DNA from: a virus
Taxonomy: Duplodnaviria; Heunggongvirae; Uroviricota; Caudoviricetes
Length of the DNA: 64,000 nt
Virus record (IMG/VR): IMGVR_UViG_3300013901_000006
Span: 15,774 to 79,773 of that record
Strand: one strand, 5' to 3'
Shown: positions 9,456 to 18,500 of the stretch, piece by piece
How positions within the stretch are numbered: the first letter of the stretch is position 1
How the letters are laid out: the number at the start of each line of letters is the position of its first letter
Notes under the pieces: generated by a model
The model's database searches: none
What the model was told of the DNA's origin: nothing
The model's input: the letters and a program-made list of their open reading frames with translations, nothing else
Program-made: the position numbers and the translations under genes

Positions 9456-12400
9456 ATGAATCGCTTTGGTGTGCGTGAAATCTGTGATGTTGTCTTCAAG
9501 CCTCTCACTTCCGTTGACCTTGGTGGTCAGCACTTTGACGCTGGTCAGCCTATGCTTTATATTGATACTGCTAAGACTTCCAGCCTTGAAGGCGCTGCTA
9601 CTACAGTCTACGCGCAGGGCAATACCTTGTAAAACCCCCCTTAATAGTAATATTGAGGTAAACACCGTTTGAATTGCTGGGAGATGTTATTTGGCAGAGG
9701 TAAAATATTATGATAAGATAGAGTCAAATAAGAAAATCAGCATCGAAGGTGTAAATATTATGAAAATTTGTTTAAATAAACGCAATTGGTCATATCTTAC
9801 GAAAGACATAGTATTTACATAACGTTCAACGACTATCCTATATGGAGTAGCGTCAAGTGACGCGAAGTGAATGGATTCCTGTACGCAGGAATAAGATATA
9901 GTCTGGTCTATATTGGAAGATATAGCAGTTACATAACTGTTCCTATAAAGTAACGTTTTAGGAATAACAAAATCGGGCAAGGGTAATCCACGTCTTATCG
10001 CTTGGGAAGAATGTCTATAAACTGCTCAAGCCGTATCTATATTATGATACGTAAAATAAAATTTTGTGAATTGCGAAAAACCCCAATTAGATGCTATTAC
10101 AAGTTTAAAATAAAGGAGTAGTAAATGAATAAATTGGGCAATTCGCAGCCAAATCTTGAAAGTAAATTTTTAAAAGAAAATGATAGTTATTTACTATATT
10201 CAGATGGTAGAATTTTAAATGTAAAAACAAATAAATTCTTAAAAGGTAAGATTGATAACGTTGGGTATCATACATATATATTACAGATTCCTGATGAACT
10301 GTCTGTTACCAGAAAAAAGAAAAGCAAAAATGTTTATGCTCATAGACTTGTAGCGCAATATTTTTTACCAAATCCGAATAATTTACCTTATGTTCATCAT
10401 AAAGATGAAAATAAATTAAATAACAATGTAGATAATTTAGAATGGGTTAGTGCAAAACAGAATAATGCTTATCATCGAAAAAAGAATGGAAAGCAAGAAT
10501 GCAGACCTCCGAAATATCACATTGTGGATTTAGAAGATGAACAGTGGATGATTTTTCCTGAAAATGAATTATATTCGGTATCAAATATGGGAAGAGTTAA
10601 AAATAATAAAACCAATAGGTTATTACATTTAGATACTACTCAAAAATATGTTCGTGTTAATTTGAATACAAAAAAGCACTATTCTTTAAATAGAATAGTA
10701 TATTGTACTTTTCATAACGATTTTGATATGGAAGGTTATGTTATTGACCATATTGATAATAATCCAAAAAATAATAAATTAACTAATTTACAGAAAATTA
10801 CTTTTTCAAAAAATAATTTACGTCAAGATAGGTTCAACGACTAACTCTCTAAGAGTGTAGATTTGTTTAAATCGAAGTGCAAAGTCTTAGGAATTAACCA
10901 AGACAAGATATAGTCTAAGCTGTATGTATATATAAAGATACAGATAATATAAATGTGGTGAAAAGACACTGACCCTAAAATCTTCTTTTGTTGGGGTCAT
11001 TAAAATTCTTGAATTGCGGGAAACTCTTTAGAGTTCTATGGTACCGTATTATGCGCGGTAATAAGTCATAGAAATTAGACAATCCGCAGCCAATATAATG
11101 GTTCAACGACTATCCTGTAAGGAGTACGTCTTAATATACATTAAGATGGAAGCGAGAATATTTTTTGTGTGATATAGTCTGTGCATGTATGAAAATACAT
11201 ATAAAATATATAATAGATACATTTCAGAACCATCGAAGATGCCTTAATGAGTCCTGTCAGCTTTGCAATGCTTTCTGGCGCGGGTCTTGTTAAGGGTAAG
11301 AAATCTGAGAATGGCACAAGCACTCCTGTTTACGTCCATGCTACCTATGATATGGTTGCTGAGACTGTAGACGGCAAGCTCGTTGCTCAACTCACAGATG
11401 AAGACCGTAACGGTGCTACTATCATCGTTACAAAAGAAGCTCCTATCTATCCTGTCACTCTTGACAGCGCTGGTGCTCAGGCCAATTACCTCTCTGCCGT
11501 AACTGAATCTCAGGTTATGACTTCTGACGGCAAAGCTCTTACTGCTGCCGAAATTGGTGAACATGGTGAGGTTAAGGCTAACGGCAAGACAATCGCTTTT
11601 GTTCTTGCGGCTGATACCCCTGGTGACCAGAATCAGGATAAGGGCGTAAAGACTGGTGATACTGTACGTATTGACTGCTATGAGGTTCATTACGATGAAG
11701 CCTATGAAATGCAGATTGATGCCGAGAACTTCGCCGGTTACTATTACATTGAGGCTTCCACTCTCTTCCGTGACGAAGAGACTGGTAATGACCTCCCCGC
11801 CGAATTCGTCATCCCTCGCGGCAAGATTCAAAGTAACTTTACCTTTACGATGGCAAATTCAGGTAAAATAAGTTGCCTGGCTGCTTAGTAATAAGCAGAT
11901 AAAATTTATTTTTTTAATTGCGGGAATCTCCTTAGAGCTTCTAAATACCAACTTATTAAATAAGGGCTGAATTAATTACTCAGGTATGGTAAAAAGTTTA
12001 GAAGATTGGAAAATCCGCAGCTAAGTGACTTGACGTTTTCTTTTTCTTATGATATGATATTATTATATAAATAAAAATATTGAAAAGTGATATTATATGA
12101 TAGAGAGAATACATAATTTTTTACCAAATGTAAAAGATTATTATGCTATAAGCGATAAAGGCGAAGTGTATAGCGATAATTTACATGGACGGCCTTTAAA
12201 GAAAAGACTAACACGTGCAGGATATCATCGCGTAGCTCTTTATTGCTTAGATGGCTCTTGTAAAGAATATAGTATTCATAGATTAGTAATGATGGCTTTT
12301 AGCCCTAATGAAAATTCTGATTTTTTGCAAGTGAATCATTTAGATTGTGACCGAACTAATAATATTTTGGAAAATTTAGAATGGTGTACTCCATCTGAAA

Positions 12401-12980
12401 ACCAATAGTATGCAGTTAAATTAAAAAGGTCTAGAGTTGCAAATCAGTATGGTGAAAGCAATACAAATTGCAAGCTGACTGATGCGCAAGTTAAAGAAAT
12501 TTTTGAATTAAGGAAATTAGGATGGACACATCAAAAAATAGCAGACAAATATCATGTTTCTCGTAGACATGTGGGAAACATTTTACAAGGTAAAAGAAGA
12601 CAAGTTAAAAGTTAAACGACTATCCTTCTATGGAGTAGCTTATGAATAAGCGAAGTGGAAAACCCCACAATATTTGTGGGTGAAGATATAGTCTCAACTT
12701 GTAGGAAACTACAAGCTACTATTTATGTAGTGCGTATATAACCAAATGCGCAAAGATTTTGGACCCATCTACCTTTACATTTACTATCGATTGTATGCCT
12801 GCCTACACCAAGTTCAATAAGAAGAAGAAGGTTATGGCTACGCTACAAATCGTTGATAAGACTGACACTACCCACAACTACAAGAACAAAGAAATCCTTG
12901 GTCACGATGGACGTACCAAGGACTCTGATGTGAATAGTTGGTACACTAAGTCTGTCTTCTCCGAAACAACGGGGGAATAG
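9456..12980 (+). CDS. Major tail (tube) protein, split into 5 exons by 4 group I introns
   Basis: Exons 9456-9620, 9976-10009, 10958-10976, 11228-11864 and 12762-12980 sum to 1074 nt (357 aa + stop). They read MNRFGVREIC...TVYAQG|GKGNPRLIAWE|GEKTLTL|TIEDALMSP...MANSG|DPSTFTF. Junctions 1-2 are approximate. Confidence 0.85.
9621..9975 (+). mobile_element. Group I intron 1 of the major tail gene (no intact HEG)
   Basis: Conserved core elements GAATTGCTGG, AATCAGCA, GTTCAACGACTA and AAGATATAGTCT; GNRA-capped P2; terminal G at 9975. Confidence 0.85.
10010..10957 (+). mobile_element. Group I intron 2 of the major tail gene, carrying an HNH HEG
   Basis: GAATTGCG, TTCGCAGCC, GTTCAACGACTA and AAGATATAGTCT core motifs; terminal G at 10957. 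Confidence 0.85.
10125..10844 (+). CDS. Intron-encoded homing endonuclease with two NUMOD4/HNH-like units
   Basis: HRLVA...VHHKDENKLNNNVDNLEWV and a second unit IDHIDNNPKNNKLTNLQ. The stop codon overlaps the intron P7 element. Confidence 0.85.
   Translation: MNKLGNSQPNLESKFLKENDSYLLYSDGRILNVKTNKFLKGKIDNVGYHTYILQIPDELSVTRKKKSKNVYAHRLVAQYFLPNPNNLPYVHHKDENKLNNNVDNLEWVSAKQNNAYHRKKNGKQECRPPKYHIVDLEDEQWMIFPENELYSVSNMGRVKNNKTNRLLHLDTTQKYVRVNLNTKKHYSLNRIVYCTFHNDFDMEGYVIDHIDNNPKNNKLTNLQKITFSKNNLRQDRFND
10977..11227 (+). mobile_element. Group I intron 3 of the major tail gene (ORF-less, 251 nt)
   Basis: Canonical P1 TGACCCT/GGGGTCA with U.G at the splice site; core motifs GAATTGCGGG, AATCCGCAGCC, GTTCAACGACTA and GATATAGTCT; terminal G at 11227. 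Confidence 0.9.
12030..12058 (+). promoter_or_regulatory. Sigma70/sigmaA-type promoter for the intron 4 HEG
   Basis: TTGACG-17 nt-TATGAT with an extended TG, upstream of ATG 12097. Confidence 0.6.
12097..12615 (+). pseudogene. Intron 4 HNH homing endonuclease interrupted by an in-frame TAG (12406-12408)
   Basis: HNH motif VNHLDCDRTNNILENLEWCT. The same frame continues after the TAG into an HTH-like domain, ending at TAA 12613-12615. Confidence 0.75.
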
Positions 12981-13120
12981 ACGCCGCAACGTCTCATGAT
13001 TCTGCGGCTAATGTAGGTAAAGACGTAGTTGCTGATGCAACTGAATCAACAGTAGATACTGTAAAAGTTGAAGCCACTCCCAAGGTTTCTGACCTTCGCA
13101 GTGTTCGCTAGTTAGACTTT

Positions 13121-13157
13121 AAGGGACGTTTCCTTTGGGAGCGTCCCTTTTTTATTT
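13121..13157 (+). terminator. Rho-independent terminator
   Basis: AAGGGACG...CGTCCCTT stem + T tract, the same stem core as the terminator at 5327. Confidence 0.8.
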
Positions 13158-13160
13158 AAG

Positions 13161-13218
13161 AAATAAGCAACTAAAATAGTTGCTTTTGTGTTTTAGAAAC
13201 TATTTTAGTTGCTTATTT
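13161..13218. repeat. Perfect 21-bp inverted repeat with a 16-nt spacer
   Basis: AAATAAGCAACTAAAATAGTT (13161-13181) and AACTATTTTAGTTGCTTATTT (13198-13218). Confidence 0.9.
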
Positions 13219-13231
13219 TTAGGAGGATATA

Positions 13232-14704
13232 ATGAATGCAGTGAGTACATATATACATTATCATGCTGAAAATATAACCCCCCAGCAATATACTATTGAA
13301 AATTTAGAGAGTGCAAAAAAGAAAATAGTGGAAGATTTTTTTAAGACTTCATTAGAATCATTAAAATTCTCTAACCCGCAGGCTGAGATTGATGCTAAAA
13401 CACTGTCGGATTTATTAGATGCATTAGGCGGAAAAACTGGTTTAATTGGCTCTAATTTAATGCAAAATTTGCAAAATGCTGATTGGCTTTTTAATGCAGA
13501 CGGCACAAGTAAGCTACCAACGGGAGCAGGTATAATTAATGAGTCGGAATCAGATGAAGACCCCCACATTCCAGATTATGCTACGAAAATATCTGATGAA
13601 GTTAGCAATCGCTTACAAAGTATTATTGATGTAATGTCGCAATGTGGAGAGTCTGTTCTTGTTAGTCAATTACAAGCAGTGAAAGACGGCAAAGGATTTA
13701 TCAGTGGTGAATTGGAAGTGTTAAATGGGAAATCTTTTTCTAGAAACGATATAGAGGGAGCGAACCAAAAAGTAATAAATGCGATGCAGCGATTACATAG
13801 TGACATTGAAGTATTAAATTCTTTTGCTAAAAATAATGGCGGAGTTTCAGATAACGTATCTTATAATTCACTTATTAATTCTGTTAGAGGTTGCTTTAAT
13901 ACAATCGGTGGCTCTTTATTTGAGGTCGCTGTAAAATATATCGGGAAGCATAGTAAAAATTATTTTGCGAATCATATTGAACCTCAAATAGATGCAGCGT
14001 TTGCTAACAGTGGCGGCAAAGTAATTAAAGACGCTGCTCATACTGGAAATAAAACATTAAATGGTCGAGAAGTCAAAAATGATGTTGAAATGTTTTTTAA
14101 TGAGAATGGCATTACTTTTATAATTGGTATTAATGTTAAATTAAACAATCAAATTAAACAACATTTAGGTAATAATATTACCATTAAAAATGTTCAAAGT
14201 GGAATGACTTTTGGGAGTTTTCTTGAAAATGGAAAAGCCAATAAAGATAATATTAAATGGATGGAAGGGCATATAGGCGCATTAAAAATGAAAAAAAATG
14301 GAAAAGATGTCCCTTATGTATTGTCAAAAGGCTTAGATTCCAATTTTAATAATATGAAAGAATTTTGTAAATATAATAATGCTGCTATTGCTTTAACTGG
14401 TTCAGGGAACTTTCAAAAACATGATTTTGCTTCTCTAATGGTCGTAAATAATAAAGTATTTTCTATGTATGATTTATTAAAATTATTGGCGCAAGACTTT
14501 GATGAATTTGCTTCGTTTAGCGGATTGCCGAGTTCAATGTCGAATTATAGAAGCAGCATTTCCCATGCGGTCAGAGAAGCGGCAGAAAAAGGCCCATGGA
14601 TGAAAACGTACCGCTCTAATGAAACTATTAATATTATTAATAGGATGTATGCCAGAAAAGTTTCTATGACTTTATATTTTTCTAGAGCAATGATGGCGCT
14701 TTAG
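13232..14704 (+). CDS. Hypothetical protein (possible PD-(D/E)xK-like fold)
   Basis: 490 aa, AGGAGG SD, AT-rich. The FE...KNDV...GINVK spacing is only suggestive. Confidence 0.5.
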   Translation: MNAVSTYIHYHAENITPQQYTIENLESAKKKIVEDFFKTSLESLKFSNPQAEIDAKTLSDLLDALGGKTGLIGSNLMQNLQNADWLFNADGTSKLPTGAGIINESESDEDPHIPDYATKISDEVSNRLQSIIDVMSQCGESVLVSQLQAVKDGKGFISGELEVLNGKSFSRNDIEGANQKVINAMQRLHSDIEVLNSFAKNNGGVSDNVSYNSLINSVRGCFNTIGGSLFEVAVKYIGKHSKNYFANHIEPQIDAAFANSGGKVIKDAAHTGNKTLNGREVKNDVEMFFNENGITFIIGINVKLNNQIKQHLGNNITIKNVQSGMTFGSFLENGKANKDNIKWMEGHIGALKMKKNGKDVPYVLSKGLDSNFNNMKEFCKYNNAAIALTGSGNFQKHDFASLMVVNNKVFSMYDLLKLLAQDFDEFASFSGLPSSMSNYRSSISHAVREAAEKGPWMKTYRSNETINIINRMYARKVSMTLYFSRAMMAL

Positions 14705-14706
14705 CA

Positions 14707-14735
14707 TTGACATATATAGAATTATATGATATAAT
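14707..14735 (+). promoter_or_regulatory. Perfect sigma70/sigmaA consensus promoter
   Basis: TTGACA-17 nt-TATAAT with an extended TG. Confidence 0.8.
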
Positions 14736-14777
14736 ATATATTATTATTATTATTATAGGAAATAAAAGGAGTAAAAT

Positions 14778-15398
14778 ATGACTATCGCTTTTACAAATGA
14801 AAAAAATAGTAAACTTACGTCACAAGATATTTATGATATTATTCATTTTGCCGCACAATCGGCAGAAGATAATGGTTTTGTGAACCAGTTTGTTTTTGAC
14901 CGTGCGCTTTATGCATATGCGGCGATTATTCTATACCCAGAGCGCAAGGCTGAAATTGGCCGCATGATTTCAGAGAATCTTCTTGATGCTTGGAATGCTC
15001 TTCTGGAAGATGGTACGGTTGAGAAAATGTACGATGAATTTAAAGACGAACTTGACCTTCTTGCAGACAATGGTGCAGTGTGGTTAACCGATTATGTAAA
15101 ATATCTACAGTCTGCTCGGGGTCTTCTCTCGTCCTTCCAAGAGTTTAGTGGAGATATTGTCGAAGCTACTGTGGAAAAATTTAAACATGTTTCTGATGAA
15201 GTTGGAGCAAATCAAGTTCTTGCAATTGCAAATAAATGGGGAATGAATAATAATCCAGAAAAAGATATTCAAGAACAGATGAATCAAGATAAACCTAAAT
15301 TTGAATTAGTTGAAGATGGTATAAAAGAGAGAATGGAACTTAAAAAAGAAGCAGAGGATGATCCGCAAGATGAAGATGGACCTCTGTTTGAAATCTAG
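14778..15398 (+). CDS. Hypothetical protein (tail assembly chaperone position)
   Basis: 206-aa helical acidic protein directly before the tape measure gene. Confidence 0.45.
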   Translation: MTIAFTNEKNSKLTSQDIYDIIHFAAQSAEDNGFVNQFVFDRALYAYAAIILYPERKAEIGRMISENLLDAWNALLEDGTVEKMYDEFKDELDLLADNGAVWLTDYVKYLQSARGLLSSFQEFSGDIVEATVEKFKHVSDEVGANQVLAIANKWGMNNNPEKDIQEQMNQDKPKFELVEDGIKERMELKKEAEDDPQDEDGPLFEI

Positions 15399-15419
15399 GG
15401 CAAAATTCAATAATTAATT

Positions 15420-15454
15420 AGAGCCTACTTTTATATAAAGTAGGCTCTTTTTTT
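15420..15454 (+). terminator. Rho-independent terminator
   Basis: AGAGCCTACTTT/AAAGTAGGCTCT stem + T tract. Confidence 0.8.
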
Positions 15455-15536
15455 ATGCCTATATTAACGTTAATAAAGATATAAAAGGAGGATATGCTTA
15501 TGATACAAAATCATATGTATAATAATCTTGAAGTAG

Positions 15537-18500
15537 GTGATTACGATTAGTAAATATTCTAATACTATTGAGTATAATCTACGGACTACATTAGATAATA
15601 GCGGTTTGTCTAGACTGCAATCTGAGCTTGCTAAAGTGCAACAACAGATTACGTCTATGCAATCTCAAAATTTACTTTCTCCTGGAACTGCTCAGAAAGC
15701 TTTAACTGATGTTGAAAAGGTTTCTAGCGCTCTAAAGAAAAGTTTTAATTCAAGTTTGGGTATGCTTGATATTTCAAAAGTTACAAAAAATCTAAGCAAT
15801 GATGTAAACCTTAAAGGCCTTCAACGCAGCTTTGAACTTGCAGGTACAGAAGGGCAAAAAGCATTTTTAGATGTCCTTGGCTCTCTTGGTAAGCTTGATA
15901 CAGGTGTTAAGGCCACAAGTTCACTTGTAGATAAAATGTTTAATACTATGGGCAATACTGTTCGTTGGGGTATTATGTCAAGTGCTTTTAATGGCGTAAC
16001 TGATTCTATGCGGCAGGCAGTAGATTACGTTAAGGAACTTGATGATTCTTTAACTCAAATTCAATTGGTTACTAGCTATAGTAAAGATGATATGAACCAA
16101 TACGCTAAATCTGCGAATGAAGCGGCAAAGTCATTGGGTAGTACTACTACTGCTATGACTAATGCTGCTTTGCTATTCACGCAGGCTGGTTTCTCGTTAG
16201 ATAAGTCTAATGATTTGGCTAAATTGTCTACTAAATTGGCTAATGCTTCTCAACAAGACACTGCTACGACTTCTGACCAAATTATGGCTTATATGAATGC
16301 TTATGGTATGGACAAAAATCTTGACCAACTTCAGCAAGCAATGGACTCTTGGGCAGAAGTAGCGAATGTATCTGCAGCTGATGTTAAAGAATTAGCGGAA
16401 GCGTCTCAAAAAGCGGCATCATCTGCTGCTACGTTAGGCGTTTCTACAGACCAATTAAATGCACAGATTGCTACCATCGAATCTGTAACTCGTGAAGATG
16501 CATCTAATATCGGAAATGGCCTTAGAAAAATTGCTTAGGGCATAAAAAGAATTAAAAGCTGGGAAACCATAAAGCAACTTTGCTTATTTATATAATTTTT
16601 ATCTTTGTGTATAAATAAGAGCGAAAGCAGAAACAAATAAGTTGATGATTATATGATATTATAATGTAATTATAGTATCTAAGTAGTTAAGAATTGGCAA
16701 TCAGCATTATAGAAAAAGGAAAGATAAATGGCTAAGAAAATTACTCAAGAAGAATTTGAAAAAAGATTTTATAATAATTATCCAAAATGCAATATAACAG
16801 TGTTGGAATATACATCTATTTCTCGTCCTGCTAAAGTATGTTGTAATGTGTGCGGCAAAATCCATACTCGTTCGACTGCTCGCCAATTTATTAATGGTTT
16901 TGACTGCTGCCATGCACATGATGAGACGAGACTTGAAAAGGTGCAGCGCTTATTAAAAGATAGCGAAGATTTTGAATTTATTAAACAAATAGATAGAGAC
17001 AATATTATTGTAAAACATAAAACGTGTGGTAATGAGATGAAGCGGGCATTAAATGCTTGTTTAGATAATCCGTATGCTTGTAAATATTGTGACACTCGCA
17101 AAAAGAATAATATGCTTACTGTTGATGAAGTTCAAAAGATTATTGATGACAGGTTTGGCGGCACGATTAAACTTTTACAATACAATGGGCAATTAGATAA
17201 AAATTATTATAGGTGTACGAAATGCGGTAAGATTTTTGTACAAAAACAGACCTGTTTAATGCAATCTAATGGTTGTCCTACGTGCGATAGATTTAAATCT
17301 ATGGGCGAGCAGCGAATTAAACGTTTGTTAGAATCTAAGGGGATTAGATATATTGAACAATATTATACTCCAGATTTGCCGTTACAACATTTTGATTTTG
17401 CTGTGGTGGACGATGCAGATAATGTTTTATATTTTATTGAAGTGCAAGGTGAGCAGCATTTTAAAGAAAATAATTATTTTAACACTTCTTTAGAAGTACA
17501 GCAGTTTAGGGATAATAAAAAAAGAAAATATTGTAAAGAAAATAATATTAAATTATATGAAATCTTGTATTTTAAGAGTAAGTTTAAAAATTTAGAGATA
17601 TTACCTTTTCTATAATTCAACGACTATTCCCGTTAAGGGAAGTACATAGCAAGCTATTGGCTATGGAAATATTGCTTTACCTGTGAATGGTTAAGATATA
17701 GTCTATTCTATATGGAAACTTATAGCTGAATTACAGTATTGGATAGTAGCGTGTCCAATAGAATATTATAAGAAAGACAATTTTTGCACGCTTTTCTGAC
17801 CTAAAGGCGGGCGAGACATTAGACGATAATATCACTTTAGGCGATGTTACTAAGCAGCTACAAAATGCTGGCGTTAACGTATTTGACCAAAATAATAATA
17901 TGCGTAATGTTGGCGATATGATGGAAGACTTGATGGGAGTTTGGAAAAATTTAGATCAGACACAGAAAGCTGCCCTTTCTCAGTCATTGGCAGGTAAATA
18001 CCAAGTAGCTCGTTTTCAGGCATTAATGAACCGTTCTGACTTGTATGACCAGTATAAAGATGCGTCAGAAAATGCCAATGGGACTCTTGATACTATGAGT
18101 GATAAATATGTTAATTCGCTTGAAGGCCGCATGAATAAACTGCAAGCGTCAGCGGAAGGTCTTTTTAATGACCTCTTTGATACAGAAGACTTTTATGCGC
18201 CGGTGGATGCGTTGACACAATTGGTTGATTTAACTGACCAGTTTGTTAATGCTCTTGGTGGAGTAAAAGGAATGCTTTCCGCCATCGCTCCTGTCGCAAC
18301 GCAGGTATTTGCAAAAAATATTGGCCAAGGTATTTCTAATGCAATTTATAATAATCAACTTTCAAAGTTACAAAATAATAATAAGAATCAAGCCTATGCT
18401 AAAATGAAGCAAATGGGCATTGAAGATGTAACAGATAGGCGTTATAGAGATGTTGCTAATTTAATTCAAGATGGACAAAGTCATGCTCGTATTATGACTG

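Larger units (their letters stand above)
11865..12761 (+). mobile_element. Group I intron 4 of the major tail gene
   Basis: P1 CAGGT/GCCTG with U.G; core motifs present; terminal G at 12761. Confidence 0.9.

Noticed and set aside
12406-12408. TAG reassignment (alternative genetic code)
   Set aside because: Only one in-frame TAG interrupts a gene, and it is a dispensable HEG. Very long genes (2552, 1708 and 1015 codons) have none, and TAG ends genes at sensible places.
13278-13283. C6 run near the 5' end of gene 13232 as a contingency locus
   Set aside because: A single short run, in frame, with no coupling or hairpin architecture around it.
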